DNA from: Microthyrium microscopicum
Lineage: Eukaryota
Direction: 5' to 3'
Length of the DNA stretch: 20,000 bases
NCBI GenBank assembly: GCA_010405405.1
Contig: MU004239.1
Coordinates: 1,297,647 to 1,317,646 of the forward strand
Shown in pieces: positions 1-10,768 of this stretch (position 1 is its first letter; every line of letters begins with the position of its first letter). A model generated the notes under the pieces. It was not told the origin of the DNA. It saw nothing but the letters and a program-made list of their open reading frames with translations, and ran no database searches. The position numbers and the translations under genes are program-made.

Positions 1-364
1 ATGTGCACGCCAAAACCTGGCTTCTCGACGCGCTTGCTCAGCGAAATGTAGATGGCGTAGTTGCGAGACGCTTTGTGATGCAGCTGGGCGTAGCGACGAC
101 ACAGCGGGCGACGAAAGATCTGGTGAGTGCGTTCTGGAGTGCTAGTATGGGAGTCAGTTTCGGTGGATATGTCCCACAGCGAATGGCGCGCGCTGAGATG
201 ATGAGCCCATCGGGAAGTACCTAAACGCGCAGATGAGCTTGTTGGGTAGCTACGAAATGGTGGATGGCCTTGTTAAGTAGTCTGGAATGCTGATGATATT
301 ATGTCTATATGTTCCTCTCATGCTTTTATACACTCGTGCCTCGAGCTTTTAACCACATGTAATC

Positions 365-929
365 CTACAAACTGCCAAAACCAGCCAGCGCAAAACTGAG
401 TCCAAAGCTCAACTTGAACGCCACATTATCCTGTACCGCAGATTTAATGTCGATGCCTTTGAAATACCGCTGCATAGTCTTATACGGCACCACATGGATC
501 CCAATATGTTCCATATACTACATTCCTCATTAGCACCACTCTCTTCCCCAGAAGGATGACGAACCTGTACACCAGCAACCAACAATCCAATCAACAGCGC
601 CAACGGCTTACTGAAGAAACTCACCAATACACCACCCGCCAAACCTACAAGTCCCAATCAGCAAACACTCTTTTTATACCTGTACACCTCCCCCCCTCTT
701 CATGCTCCATACACCATCACTTACCAAGCAAAACCCCCGAACTAACCTGCTTCAACGCCCCCTGACTAATCCCCCCCTGTTTCACCAACGGCTTAAACGG
801 CGCTGGCGCATCGCATTTCAGTGCCGGGCGCGAATTTAGGAGCGGTTGCAGTGTGAGGATCGAAGTTATTGAGAAAGCCGCGGGGAGGGCGAAGGGTCGG
901 AGGGGCCGGAGGAGGAGACGGGATGCCAT
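365..929 (-). CDS. FUN14-family mitochondrial outer-membrane protein, 3 exons (929-725, 644-565, 517-365), 145 aa
   Basis: GT-AG introns 724-645 (gtaagt...gctgat...tag) and 564-518 (gttcgt...gctaat...tag) join one open frame: MASRLLLRPLRP...LKQVSSGVLLGLAGGVLVSFFSKPLALLIGLLVAGVQYMEHIGIHVVPY...VQDNVAFKLSFGLSFALAGF. This matches the FUN14 pattern (Q-x-S-x-G...G...K...Q...GI...F-x-x-SF). Confidence 0.88.
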
Positions 930-1483
930 TGGGTTTGTTGAGAGGGGGGGTGTATGGAGGTAGAATTGAGGTGGTGGTATTTGAGATGGGTGTGGTGGTG
1001 ATGTGTGTAAGGGTTGGATTGACGTCGGCGGCGGATGCGGATGGGTTGGGATGGGATGGGTCGGAGTTAAATCCGGGGAAGTTTGGGGGTTATTGCATGC
1101 CTCGGAAGGAAGGTTCTACTTTTTAGGCTTATTTGTGCAGGTAAATGGAAATATGGAATTGTATTGGTTTTTACTACTAATGTTAAAAGTTTTGATTCAA
1201 CCTTTGGTCAGTGAATGCAAGAAACGCAATATAATATGGTATAAAATTTGACATTATACATCCACCGACCACATCTCAACCGCTAAACACTACAAACTAC
1301 CACTCTACTAAGTATATAATATCTACAATAAACTCATACAATGCGCATGTCAATCCCTCCATCTAAGCCGTATCATAATATCTAACAGGGGTATTCTGCG
1401 CATAAACCTCTTTGCGCCACATCATGAAAAAAAGAAGATATTCATAAAACCGTGCTCGTATCCCTATCATCTTTCCTCATCCC

Positions 1484-2971
1484 TTAGGCAATAAGGGAAG
1501 TCGGATTCTTATAAAATGTGTCGTAATGCGCTCTCATCTCCACACACTTGTCTGCATCAACTTCACATGAAGCGGCCACCAACTCCTCCCACAACGTCTT
1601 CTCAACATCATACCCAAATAGACCTTCCAGCCCATCCACGGGTCCCCAGATACGCAATCTCGTCCCGTTTTCGTCGCGCCAGCTATCGACGCTTTCGAAG
1701 GCGTGCGCGACGTCCATTTTGACGAGATTGTTGTGGATGAAAAATGGGCGTGCTGCTACGTCTTTCTGCGGCTGTTTCTTCAGATGAGAGAGGGTGTAGT
1801 CTTCTAGCGGATCGCCTTGGTGCATCCCGGCGGTATACCAGGTTCCGTTGAGTGGTCGGCCGAGCACACCGACGGGCGTGGTACATGCGTAGAAGGGTAG
1901 GGAGAGGGCGAGGGCGGCGTGGAGGAATGTTTCTTTATCGCCTTCGCCTTGCGCGCCTTGGCTGAAGAGTGGGTAGTAGAAGTGGGGGCCGTAGTAGTTG
2001 TAGTATGTGGCGAGTAGGAGGGAGGATGCGTGTGTGTGTTTGTTGTATAGCATTATGCCGCTCTCGCTGCTTCGGCGCGCATCGAGGGGTGGGACGGGGA
2101 GGGAGGCGATGTCGTAGAAGAGGTGGCTGACTGTGCTGACCCAGAAGTCTGGCCAGGTTACTAGGCCGGTGGACGTATATGGTTCGAGGGCGAGGAGGGC
2201 GTCGGGGTTGTGCGCGGGGAAGGCATCGGCGTCGAGGAAGAGGATGTGCTCGAAGGAGGAGAAGAGCAGGGCGAAGGACTTGTATTGGTATTTGAGGAGG
2301 GTGCCGAATTTGGGGGTTTGGGACCATTGTTCGCTCATTACGAAGCAGTGCGCGTTCATGGCTGGGAGGATCTTTTCGCAGGTTCCTATGTCGTAGTCGT
2401 CCCAGCTGTCAAGGAATACTTCGACTGGTAGTTCGGAACCTGCGCGGCGGAGCATGCGCACGCTGGTTATGGCGACGCCAAAGTAGCGGCCGCCTGCGGT
2501 CATTACGACACCACGCGAGCCGGGCGTGTATGGAAGTCGTGAACTTAGCGTTTTGATGCCTTCGACCATCGTTCTATGAGATACTTGCATCGCAGCCAAG
2601 TCCTCGGCTTCCATGTGTGTAATGTCAAGACGAGGGTGGTCTTTTGCGTTTTTGATGTCCACCTGCTCATCTTCTCGGCTTGCTTGTCCGTCTGGTTTTA
2701 TTTCCTTCGACATTGGTTCCGCAGAGACCAGAACATCTACGAAATCTTTCCAGAACGAGGTCAATGCCGGGGTTTTGAGTGGGTTCATTTCCGCCGCTGG
2801 TAGACGACCAATGCCCGGACGATTTGGCGACGTCGCGGAGCCATGGTAAGGTGGTTTGTAAACCCATTCCGGTGTGTGTATTCGGCGTGTAAAGAGGAGG
2901 AACGATGCAATAAGAATGGTGAGAATGACAAAGGTGCGGGTAGGGACCCTCATTTTCGGTAAGGAGGTCAT
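1484..2971 (-). CDS. Golgi alpha-1,2-mannosyltransferase, GT71 / MNN2-MNN5 family, 495 aa, single exon
   Basis: Type II N-terminal TM segment, followed by the family motifs RGVVMTAGG, LRRAGSELPVEVF, YQYKSFALLFSSFEHILFLDAD (DxD), WPDFW, SESG and GEGDKETF. Confidence 0.93.
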   Translation of the reverse strand: MTSLPKMRVPTRTFVILTILIASFLLFTRRIHTPEWVYKPPYHGSATSPNRPGIGRLPAAEMNPLKTPALTSFWKDFVDVLVSAEPMSKEIKPDGQASREDEQVDIKNAKDHPRLDITHMEAEDLAAMQVSHRTMVEGIKTLSSRLPYTPGSRGVVMTAGGRYFGVAITSVRMLRRAGSELPVEVFLDSWDDYDIGTCEKILPAMNAHCFVMSEQWSQTPKFGTLLKYQYKSFALLFSSFEHILFLDADAFPAHNPDALLALEPYTSTGLVTWPDFWVSTVSHLFYDIASLPVPPLDARRSSESGIMLYNKHTHASSLLLATYYNYYGPHFYYPLFSQGAQGEGDKETFLHAALALSLPFYACTTPVGVLGRPLNGTWYTAGMHQGDPLEDYTLSHLKKQPQKDVAARPFFIHNNLVKMDVAHAFESVDSWRDENGTRLRIWGPVDGLEGLFGYDVEKTLWEELVAASCEVDADKCVEMRAHYDTFYKNPTSLIA

Positions 2972-4221
2972 AGCAGGTCAAGGTCAACGTTGTAGGGCAT
3001 GGATGTTGATATTGGAGCCGCGATCGACGACAGGCACGGGTGGGATAGGTTGGAAGATGGGTGGGTAGGATATGGAGAGTGTTTCGAGATTTTGGAGATG
3101 TAGTAAGAGTTTGTGTAACGAAAGTAAATTGTGCAAGAAGGAGAGAGGGGATGTTATCAAGAAGGCGAAGGAATTGTGGAAATTAAAGAGAAGCAACCAG
3201 TGAACATCTCAATAATCAAGGCAGCGCTTGCTGCTGGATCACGCCAATGCTTCGCCGTTCAAATGCAATGCTTAGTACAGGCAGGTACGGAGTACAGTGT
3301 TAGTTGTGCAGAGGTTACATAGCAGCAAGGGTAGTGAAGGAGGAGACACCGTATTCCTCAAATGGTAACACGATGGTCAAGATGCATCCGCAAGGAACCG
3401 CCGTTGAAGGAATCAGGAGTGGCGCATCCAAAATCGTCAGTTGAGGTTGGATCTGGATCAATTGGTTGTTGATTGCCGAATGCAGTTCTGAGAGGGAAAG
3501 TCCATGCAGTCTGCAGCTCCAGGGGCAACCAAAACGGCTCCAAGCCACAATTCTATTTTAAGAAACACTCCATCAAGTCCTCTATTATTCAACATGTCAC
3601 TTGATGATAATGGAATTTTGATACCTTCTCTTATCATTGCCTTGCGCTAGTCAACAATACGACATTATCCGTACTAGCTTTCAAGCTAATATACCAATAC
3701 CCAATACCCTTCCTTTTGAATAGCTCCATGCTGAACCAATTCCTATCCTGCCGCATAACTCCTTGAAATCATAAACAGCTTCAATAATGGGATATCATGA
3801 CATGAAAGAAGGAAAAAAACTCGAAACCTTGCATCCTGGACAGCCAACGATCAAAGCATCTGCCACTTGCTGTTCTGTGGAAAACCATCAAGTTCTGGTC
3901 GTCTATTGCATCTTCATCGCCATCGTCTGTCGTACATCCTTGTATTTGGCATATCCTGGCCGGTATTTTTTCGGAAATATTGTCTTTGCGCGTATATGCC
4001 TTTCAAGTCGATGAGAAGCGTGGTGTCGATGAGAATCGTACTGTCGACGGCCGCGACTCATTTGCCTCCGTCTCGGCTTCCACATCTATGTCTGTTTCTG
4101 CGCTAATCTCGTCTCCTGTCGCTCCTGTCATGATGTTGAGTTTCGATCGTCTTCTCTTAACTGTTCGACCTTGTGGCTGGGAATTGGCAACGTATAGTTC
4201 GACATTTAGCTCAGCCGGCTT

Positions 4222-5670
4222 CTAAGCAGATGAGCCAACTGCCGCCTCGGCTGCTCCATTAAGGAATGAAGAGCTATTATCGTTCTGTCCACTCGCATCT
4301 GACATCAATTGATCAGTATCGCCTTCTTCGCCCATGCCATCAACGTCAGGCCAGAAGCGTTGAGCGAGGAAGCATGCTTGACGGAAGACTTGTTCGCAGC
4401 GTTGCATTTCCTCTTTGCCATTGGCAATTGTTGGCGAGATTGCCAATTCGTCAACAAGTCCTCGACAGGCATCTACAAACTTGGAAAAGGCTGGAGATGT
4501 CCAGTTTGGGATCAGTGACTGGTGGAGTGCAGCAATATGGGCTTCTGCTGAAGGCCCTGAGAGAGTCGAGGTGAATGACTGGGCGTACATCCAAGCAGAT
4601 CTATAAACCTAGAAAGGGTGAGAATAAATCAGAAGCACAAACATAGCAAACTTACATGTTCTGTAGCCCAGAGAACAACCATGCCCTCAAGTAATGAAGC
4701 CGATGGACTACTAACACCATGGAACAAGTCGAGATATGCTCTGGTGATGAAGTTTGGCGGATCGTCAGTCAGCTGGATTCCATACTTAGTGGCAGTGATC
4801 TCAAAGAAGCTCATTTCACGTCTTATGTTGTTCAGGGCAGAAATGAGAAGGTCCATCGTCCGGTACATTGGATGGAATTGCGAATTCGCAACTGTCGGGA
4901 GTCGAATCTTTGCAATCAATGCGCCAATGAATTGAATATATCCACGAGTATAATGTGCATCCTGAACCATCCATATTGCGAGGGGTTTGGGCGACAATGT
5001 ACCACATCCTGCATGGGAGAGGAAAGGTTGTTGCGTCGCGTTTGCGAAGACGACCGCATTGGTATGTAGCAGATGGGCCGTCAGGCTTGGTTGAGGTGGT
5101 TGAGCTGCACGAATGGGAGCTGGAACAAGAGGGGGATCTTTGCGCTTTTGATTGGGACCACGACGATGGATTTGTAGGTTCGGATTAGGATGAGTGCCGT
5201 TCAGCATCGCTCGTGTTGTCTCAGTAGCTAGCTGCTCTTCTGCCTCTTGACTTGCAAAATGGGCGTTGGCTTCGGGAGAATTTAGATACACCTGGCATTC
5301 TTGAAGATGCTCAATCTGGCGGGTGGTGTTCTTCGCGCGCGTGTAGCCGCAATGCAGGCAACGGACCTTGGCGCACTGTAGACATGGATGATAAGTATAG
5401 ATAAAGAGCTAATTGCTACGGAATGATATGTATGAACGTCGGGCTCGGGAGGGCGGGACAATGTATAGGTAATGCGCGATATCAGATGAGCAGTAGCATA
5501 CTGACCTTGCTGGGAGAGTCCGTGTCCTGAAATTCCTGGTAGGCTTTGCGAATGTCTGGATTTGCGTGTCCTAAACAGCGGTTAGAAAGCTTGTATGATC
5601 AATCTGTCAAAAGAGTGGCGAATTTTGGCTGTAAGGGCCGGCGCTATGCACCAGGCTTACTAGTCGGCAT
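4222..5670 (-). CDS. TenA/THI-4/PQQC (heme-oxygenase-like, Pet18/TenA_E type) protein with an N-terminal BED-like zinc finger; 4 exons (5670-5661, 5570-5506, 5375-4656, 4608-4222), 393 aa
   Basis: Introns 5660-5571, 5505-5376 and 4655-4609 are all GT-AG and preserve the frame. N-terminus: VRCLHCGYTRAKNTTRQIEHLQEC (CxxC...HxxxC). TenA-fold motifs: ATQQPFL, WMVQDAHY, NIRREMSFF, LWATEHVYRSAW, IPNWTSPAF, RFW. Confidence 0.85.
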
Positions 5671-6247
5671 TGTGCGCTTGATGAAAGAAAACGGGAGACT
5701 CACTGCCCATGGCCAGGTGTTTGCTCGTGCTGCTGTAAGGAAATGTAAGGAAAAGGGTGTTGTAACTTGTAAAGCAAGTTGGCGACGTTAAGTCAGCGGT
5801 GAATATGGTCTACGCCTTGACGCGAAGAACCTCGCTAAGCTTGTTTCGGACGGAACCCCTCAAGGCCTGTTATCTCGACAATCCTCAGTCTCTGCGCATT
5901 TATTCCCAACTATCCTTTTCTACTTGATTCTCTATATTCAAGCTTTCTTTATGCAAGTTGAAACTGTCCAAAAATTATCCAGTCTCAAATAGCTCAAATG
6001 GTGAAGTTGTTGGCTACTTGGGGAGATTCACCTTGAAGCTCGCTAAACTTGTTTGGGAAGCGCCCCCTCTTCGCGTCAATCTGTTCTCTATGTTCTATTC
6101 ACAAATCACAATACACAACCCCAACTGTAATTCTTGTTATCAAAATAGCTTGCAGCCATCGGCGAATCGATAACACCTTGAGCAGATATTGCATAATTAC
6201 GTCTTCACACCGATGTAAATTCAGCGCTGCTATGACATGGGCTTGCA

Positions 6248-6891
6248 TCAAACTTTCATATTCCTACGCTGTACTCTGTAGTCCTTCTTACTCTTGTCAA
6301 ACCGTGGCTGCCCGCCGTCGATATTCGGTTCCGGTCCACTGCATCTCCTACTACATCCCATATACACCGCTTCTTGAAATCTTTCTATCTTTGCGGAGAG
6401 TATCGCTATTTTGACTTTCCACATTGGATGATGCTTTGCCCAATCCCTGAAAACAGCCTGGCCTTCGAAGACCACAAGTTCTTCTCTGTCGGTGGAAGGG
6501 ATGAACAATTCCAACCCTTTTCCAATACCCAAACTTGTCAGAGAGACAATAGCATCTCTTAACTCTGCGTTGTTCGGCGGCAGTACATTATAAAGCTGAT
6601 GTTTGCCGAATCAGAATGTCTTTAACCAGGCGGAACAATCCTTGGATGTCCTTGCTGTTGATACGATTTCAAGCATCAGTAGTTCATCGTGCGAGCTTCC
6701 TCGACTAAAAGTAGTTGCCAACTGGCCATATATCAGTCTTTAGATGTTGACTGACATGGCTGACGATTTCGAGCGCACACACTGGCCGCTAGATTGAAAC
6801 ACAGCTATCGGGCAGACACTGGAATGGATTCTGACCTTTGAAGGTGACCCGATGTATGGAACCACCTTTCGCCTCTTACTCTAGTCACCAT
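6248..6891 (-). pseudogene. Probable decayed fungal BTB/POZ-domain gene
   Basis: Fragments in changing frames occur in the order expected for fungal BTB proteins: VTRVRGERW / SIHRVTF / ALEIVSHVSQHLKTDIW / DIQGLFRLVKDIL / LYNVLPPNNAELRDAIVSL / FRDWAKHHPMW. Several frameshifts and stops; recognised by eye only. Confidence 0.35.
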
Positions 6892-8185
6892 ATTTTTTGG
6901 GAAAACTAAGCTTTGAAATCCTATATAGAGCAAGTCAATGGAACCATCAAAAACTTTTGCAGCCTTCAAAAGTTCCAAGCACTTCTGTTGGGTTGCCCAC
7001 CAGGCCAGCGGAAGCAGATCAGGTATTATCTATATCCCGTCTCCATGTTCCATATTAGCCACCAGCCAAGAAACCGAATTTGCAAACCAGTCTGATTGGT
7101 GCTAATGTATAGTGAAGGCCCTCATCTAGGGTATTAATTAGGTGACCCTTGTTCCCTTCCTGGTCTGTCAGATTTGCCCGAAACACCCTAGATGACCACG
7201 AGTCACTGATGCATAATTTGACCACCCGAGATTGACAAAGATCAGATGCAATCAATTCAGCTTTGATGATATCTTAGTTACCTGCATATCGATTAATACT
7301 TCACATTTCTCAGCATCCTCACCATTTGGCAGTTTCGGTTTCTAGCTGATATCAGGCTGATATCTTGGAATAGGGCTTAGATCTACATCATCAACGTTCT
7401 ATTCAATAGTAAATATATCTCCAATAGCCACCCGCATATGTTTCTAGAACGAAATCTAACCCACACCCGTGAAAACCCTATATCTAATCCCTCCTCCGAT
7501 CATCAAGCTGTCACGCCCCCAACTGAATCAACCCACCGAGCACCAAACCACCATTGGCCCATTCAACCTCATACACCACTCACCAATGCCAAGTCTAAAA
7601 TCCTAGCCGTTTGATGAGAGCCAGCAACAAATGTAGTCTATAGCCCTTGATGGTTGCTTTACTCCAGTAAGCTCTGGGCCCCAAATGTGTCCCCTGTATA
7701 CCTATTCCATCGATCCCTCTGCTAGACATTTGCAGATTCCGGGGTTGACCCATAGTAATCCGGCAATCTCGTCCGAAAGTATCGACAGGTTAGATAACTT
7801 TGGGGTAACTGACTTGGTAAATTGGTTGCTAGTGTCACTGCTTGGAAATTGCGAGCCTTTTTTGTCTTTTTCGTTTTCGCCTTCTGTTACTTACTCGCTG
7901 GAATACCTTACCGTGGTAGTTTGGTTCTTTCATTAAGCTTTGGCGATTTTCTTCTTGTGGCGAGCTGAAAGTATCTCTTTTGCTTCTCAACGACACTTCT
8001 TTCTCCATCACGAACATACCAAATCGATCGCTATACCACGCCATTAACGAGTTGCTGAGCATTTGGACAGTCCGGACAACAGCTTTGGCTAAACGGAACA
8101 ACAACCACTCGCGAAGTCGCCAGTGACTCCTCCGACCGCTTCTCACCTCCTCGAATCCTCACGTCACAACAACACACCCTTCAAA

Positions 8186-8713
8186 ATGAAGACATCAATC
8201 CTCCTCCTAACAACGCTCATCACCTCCATCCTCGCCACCGCCTCACCCCAAGCACCCGCAATTCCACAACAATTCAGTTTTCCACGATGGTAAGCCCTCA
8301 CCCATATCTCCCCATCTCCCTATCCTTACTACTCTCTCCCTGACTCCTCTCTCCCTCCTTCAGCCGCCATTGCCTGGTTCCCGTAACCCCTTAGCTAACC
8401 CATATGTCTCAGTGGAATGAACACAATGATATCAGGAATCGCCCAATCCGGCTGCTCCGCCACCGACGGCGGCTGTCTCTGCAAGCAAAAATCCTTCATC
8501 AAAGCCGGCTCTGAAGGCATCCCCAAAAAGTGTCCCGCCGAAGCAGACCAAAAGCAATATATCGATTTCATCAACATGGTGTGTTCAGGGCAGCCGGGCT
8601 ATCCGCTGGCCGTTAAGGCTGCGTCGAAGAATGTGGGAACGAGATTGGGAGGAGAGGGTGGGTATGTTTTGGGGATGGCATTGGTTGTGGCTGCGGTAGG
8701 GGGAATGCTATGA
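8186..8713 (+). CDS. Small secreted, probably GPI-anchored CFEM-domain protein (six-Cys variant), 2 exons (8186-8289, 8413-8713), 134 aa
   Basis: Signal peptide MKTSILLLTTLITSILATA. Intron 8290-8412 (gtaagc...gctaac...cag). Domain FPRCGMNTMISGIAQSGCSATDGGCLCKQKSFIKAGSEGIPKKCPAEADQKQYIDFINMVC. Hydrophobic C-terminal tail GYVLGMALVVAAVGGML. Confidence 0.85.
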
Positions 8714-9124
8714 TGAGATGAGATGGTGAGGTGAAGTGTATGATGGGTGCTGGAGACGGCGAATGAGAGAGATGGGGGAATAAGGTGGTTACGGCATTAT
8801 TGGAGTTTTGGGATACTGGGAATATGTAGATATTTGATATTGGTGATTGCTCAAAATGTCCCATTGAGCTAGTTGGTGCTTTTTCTCGCATGAAAGGAAT
8901 CAAAAAACTTTATTTACAATTGCTCAAAGACTCATCGCTCATTATCGAAAAGTGTATCATGCTCATGCTAGTCCTAAAAGATTTCGTAAAAGCACCAAAA
9001 CAGTCCTTATATAAAGTGGACACAAGCTATGAGACCGCTACCAAAAACGCCGGGTATCGTCGTGAAAACAGGCCATCCAGGACCATATGAATATTGAAAA
9101 GAATTGATGAATGTAGGTCAGCTT

Positions 9125-10768
9125 TTATGCAAACTCGCGCGGTCGTGTCGGTTGCGCATTATATGCTGGTGGCTCGCCCAGATTTGATAGCGCAATGTCG
9201 CTGCGGTCTGCCGCATAGGCTCCAGTGTGCTGGTATGGTCCAGTGCCCGCTGCGGTGTAGGCAGGTGGAGCCGCGTTGTTGTTTTGCTCGCCTGCATTGT
9301 ATGGGGCTCCTTGAGAAGCTCCAGCCCCGGCAGCAAGAGCCTTTTGCCGGGCGACTGATCGCGCCTTGTACCAAGAGAAGACGGCAAGGGCGACGAAGAT
9401 GACTACTACCACTGGTAGGTACAGCCAGTTTAGCTGGGGATTCAGGGCCAGACGGAAACCAAGAGGAGCATTGAGGATGCCACCAGCGATAAGTAGCGGG
9501 CCAAGGATATGCTTATGAGGTCCAATGGCCCATTTGACAGGTGTTCTTGTCCGCAAGAACGAGCGATGGTTGAAGGCTCCTAGACCCCATTGAACAAGGA
9601 ACAACACAATAACCAGGATCCCAATGATTTGATGTGCCGTATTGAACCTGTTAGACTAAGAAAGGTTAGCATAAACCTCTGGAAAAGCGAGATCAGTAAG
9701 AACGAACGCGATTATAGAGACCTGAAATTAGAAATCCTAGTATCGCGGCAATAAAGAAAAGTACCAAGGCACTAGTCTGGAGAACTAAGTGCATTCTCAC
9801 GTTTTCAAAGACTCGAATGAACAAGATTCCGAGTGGTAAGAGTATTACGAAAATGAGAAGCATCAAAAATGCATGACCGGATTCCTTGTAATCTGGATCC
9901 AAGTTGTTGGGGTCTTGAACCTGAGCTGTAAAAGTCGAATTGTATGCAAAGCTGGGAATCCCACTTGAATCTGCGCTGGTCATGTCCAGGGTGAAAGTGC
10001 CGTGGTAAACGTGTCGTCGCAAAGGTGCATTTAATGCATCAGAGTAGGTATCGCGACCTCGAGGTCCTATTGCGTAGATGAAATTTTGTTTTTTGTTTGT
10101 GACATCGAGCGGCGTTTTGGGTATGGAAGCGCATGCTTTGCAAAGACCCGTTATGTAGTATGCGCTTGAATCAACGGTATTTCCGATATTATCTCCATCT
10201 GCTGGGTCGATGACAGTCAGATTCATGCGTGAAGTTTGTGTTGGCTCCTTGTTGCCAGTAGCATAACGCCCGGAGAGTGTAACTTTGTCTATACAGGTGT
10301 TAGTGCGAGTCGAGTTGTATGGCAACTGGAGCAGACATACTTTGCGTCGAGCCGCGATACAAGATGAACATCATGCTATCGGTCATTTCGTTGCCAGTCC
10401 CAAAGGCAATGTATGAATACGTGGATGGACCTGCTATGCGAAATCGAATATCTCCAGTGGCTTTGTCAAGTGTGAGTATGAAACCAAAATTGATCTCTGT
10501 AGAGCCTCCAAGTTTTTTCTCGAATCCAGCTTGCGACACAGGCGCAGTGTCAAAAGTACTGTTGGAGGGTGCGTTCGAGGGCGCATTTTGGCGAGGAAGA
10601 ATGTCAGAGAGGTCGGGTAAGGAAAAGGAGGATACGAAAGCTATAGAACACAAGATTAGTAGCCGTCCACATTGAACAAGACACTCAAGTTCTTCGAATG
10701 GCAATGAAGCTGGACTTGGAGTTTAACGTACGGATCAACCCCGCAAACAGTGGGAGTAGGAGTCGCAT
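9125..10768 (-). CDS. Integral membrane DOMON (CDH-cytochrome-like) + cytochrome b561 protein, 4 exons (10768-10732, 10640-10341, 10288-9708, 9655-9125), 482 aa
   Basis: Signal peptide MRLLLPLFAGLIPFVSS. Introns 10731-10641, 10340-10289 and 9707-9656. DOMON motifs YIAFGTGNEMTDSMMFILY (Met ligand), VTLSGR..GNKEP and LRRHVYHG (His ligand). Four b561-type His in the TM region (GHAFLM, MHLVLQ, AHQIIG, PHKHILG). Confidence 0.9.

Noticed and set aside
3..224. 73-aa + strand ORF at the window edge
   Set aside because: Non-ATG start, no recognisable motif, and no supporting gene structure on either strand.
1516..2987. Many short ORFs overlapping the mannosyltransferase
   Set aside because: Antisense or alternate-frame shadows of a GC-rich CDS.
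4009..4034. Short duplication gtcgatgagaa (encodes RFSST twice on the - strand)
   Set aside because: An 11-bp local duplication, too short to interpret alone.
7345..7364. Tandem gctgatatc repeat upstream of the CFEM gene
   Set aside because: Not a canonical HGATAR site, and there is no evidence of function.
8361..8412. Possible micro-exon (CRHCL) inside the CFEM intron
   Set aside because: It would need a second intron of only 30-36 bp and gives wrong Cys spacing. The single 123-bp intron has a good branch site and restores the PxCG motif.
10641..10704. ORF-track N-terminus MPFEELECLVQCG for the DOMON gene
   Set aside because: It starts at TTG inside intron 1. The real ATG is at 10768 and gives a proper signal peptide.
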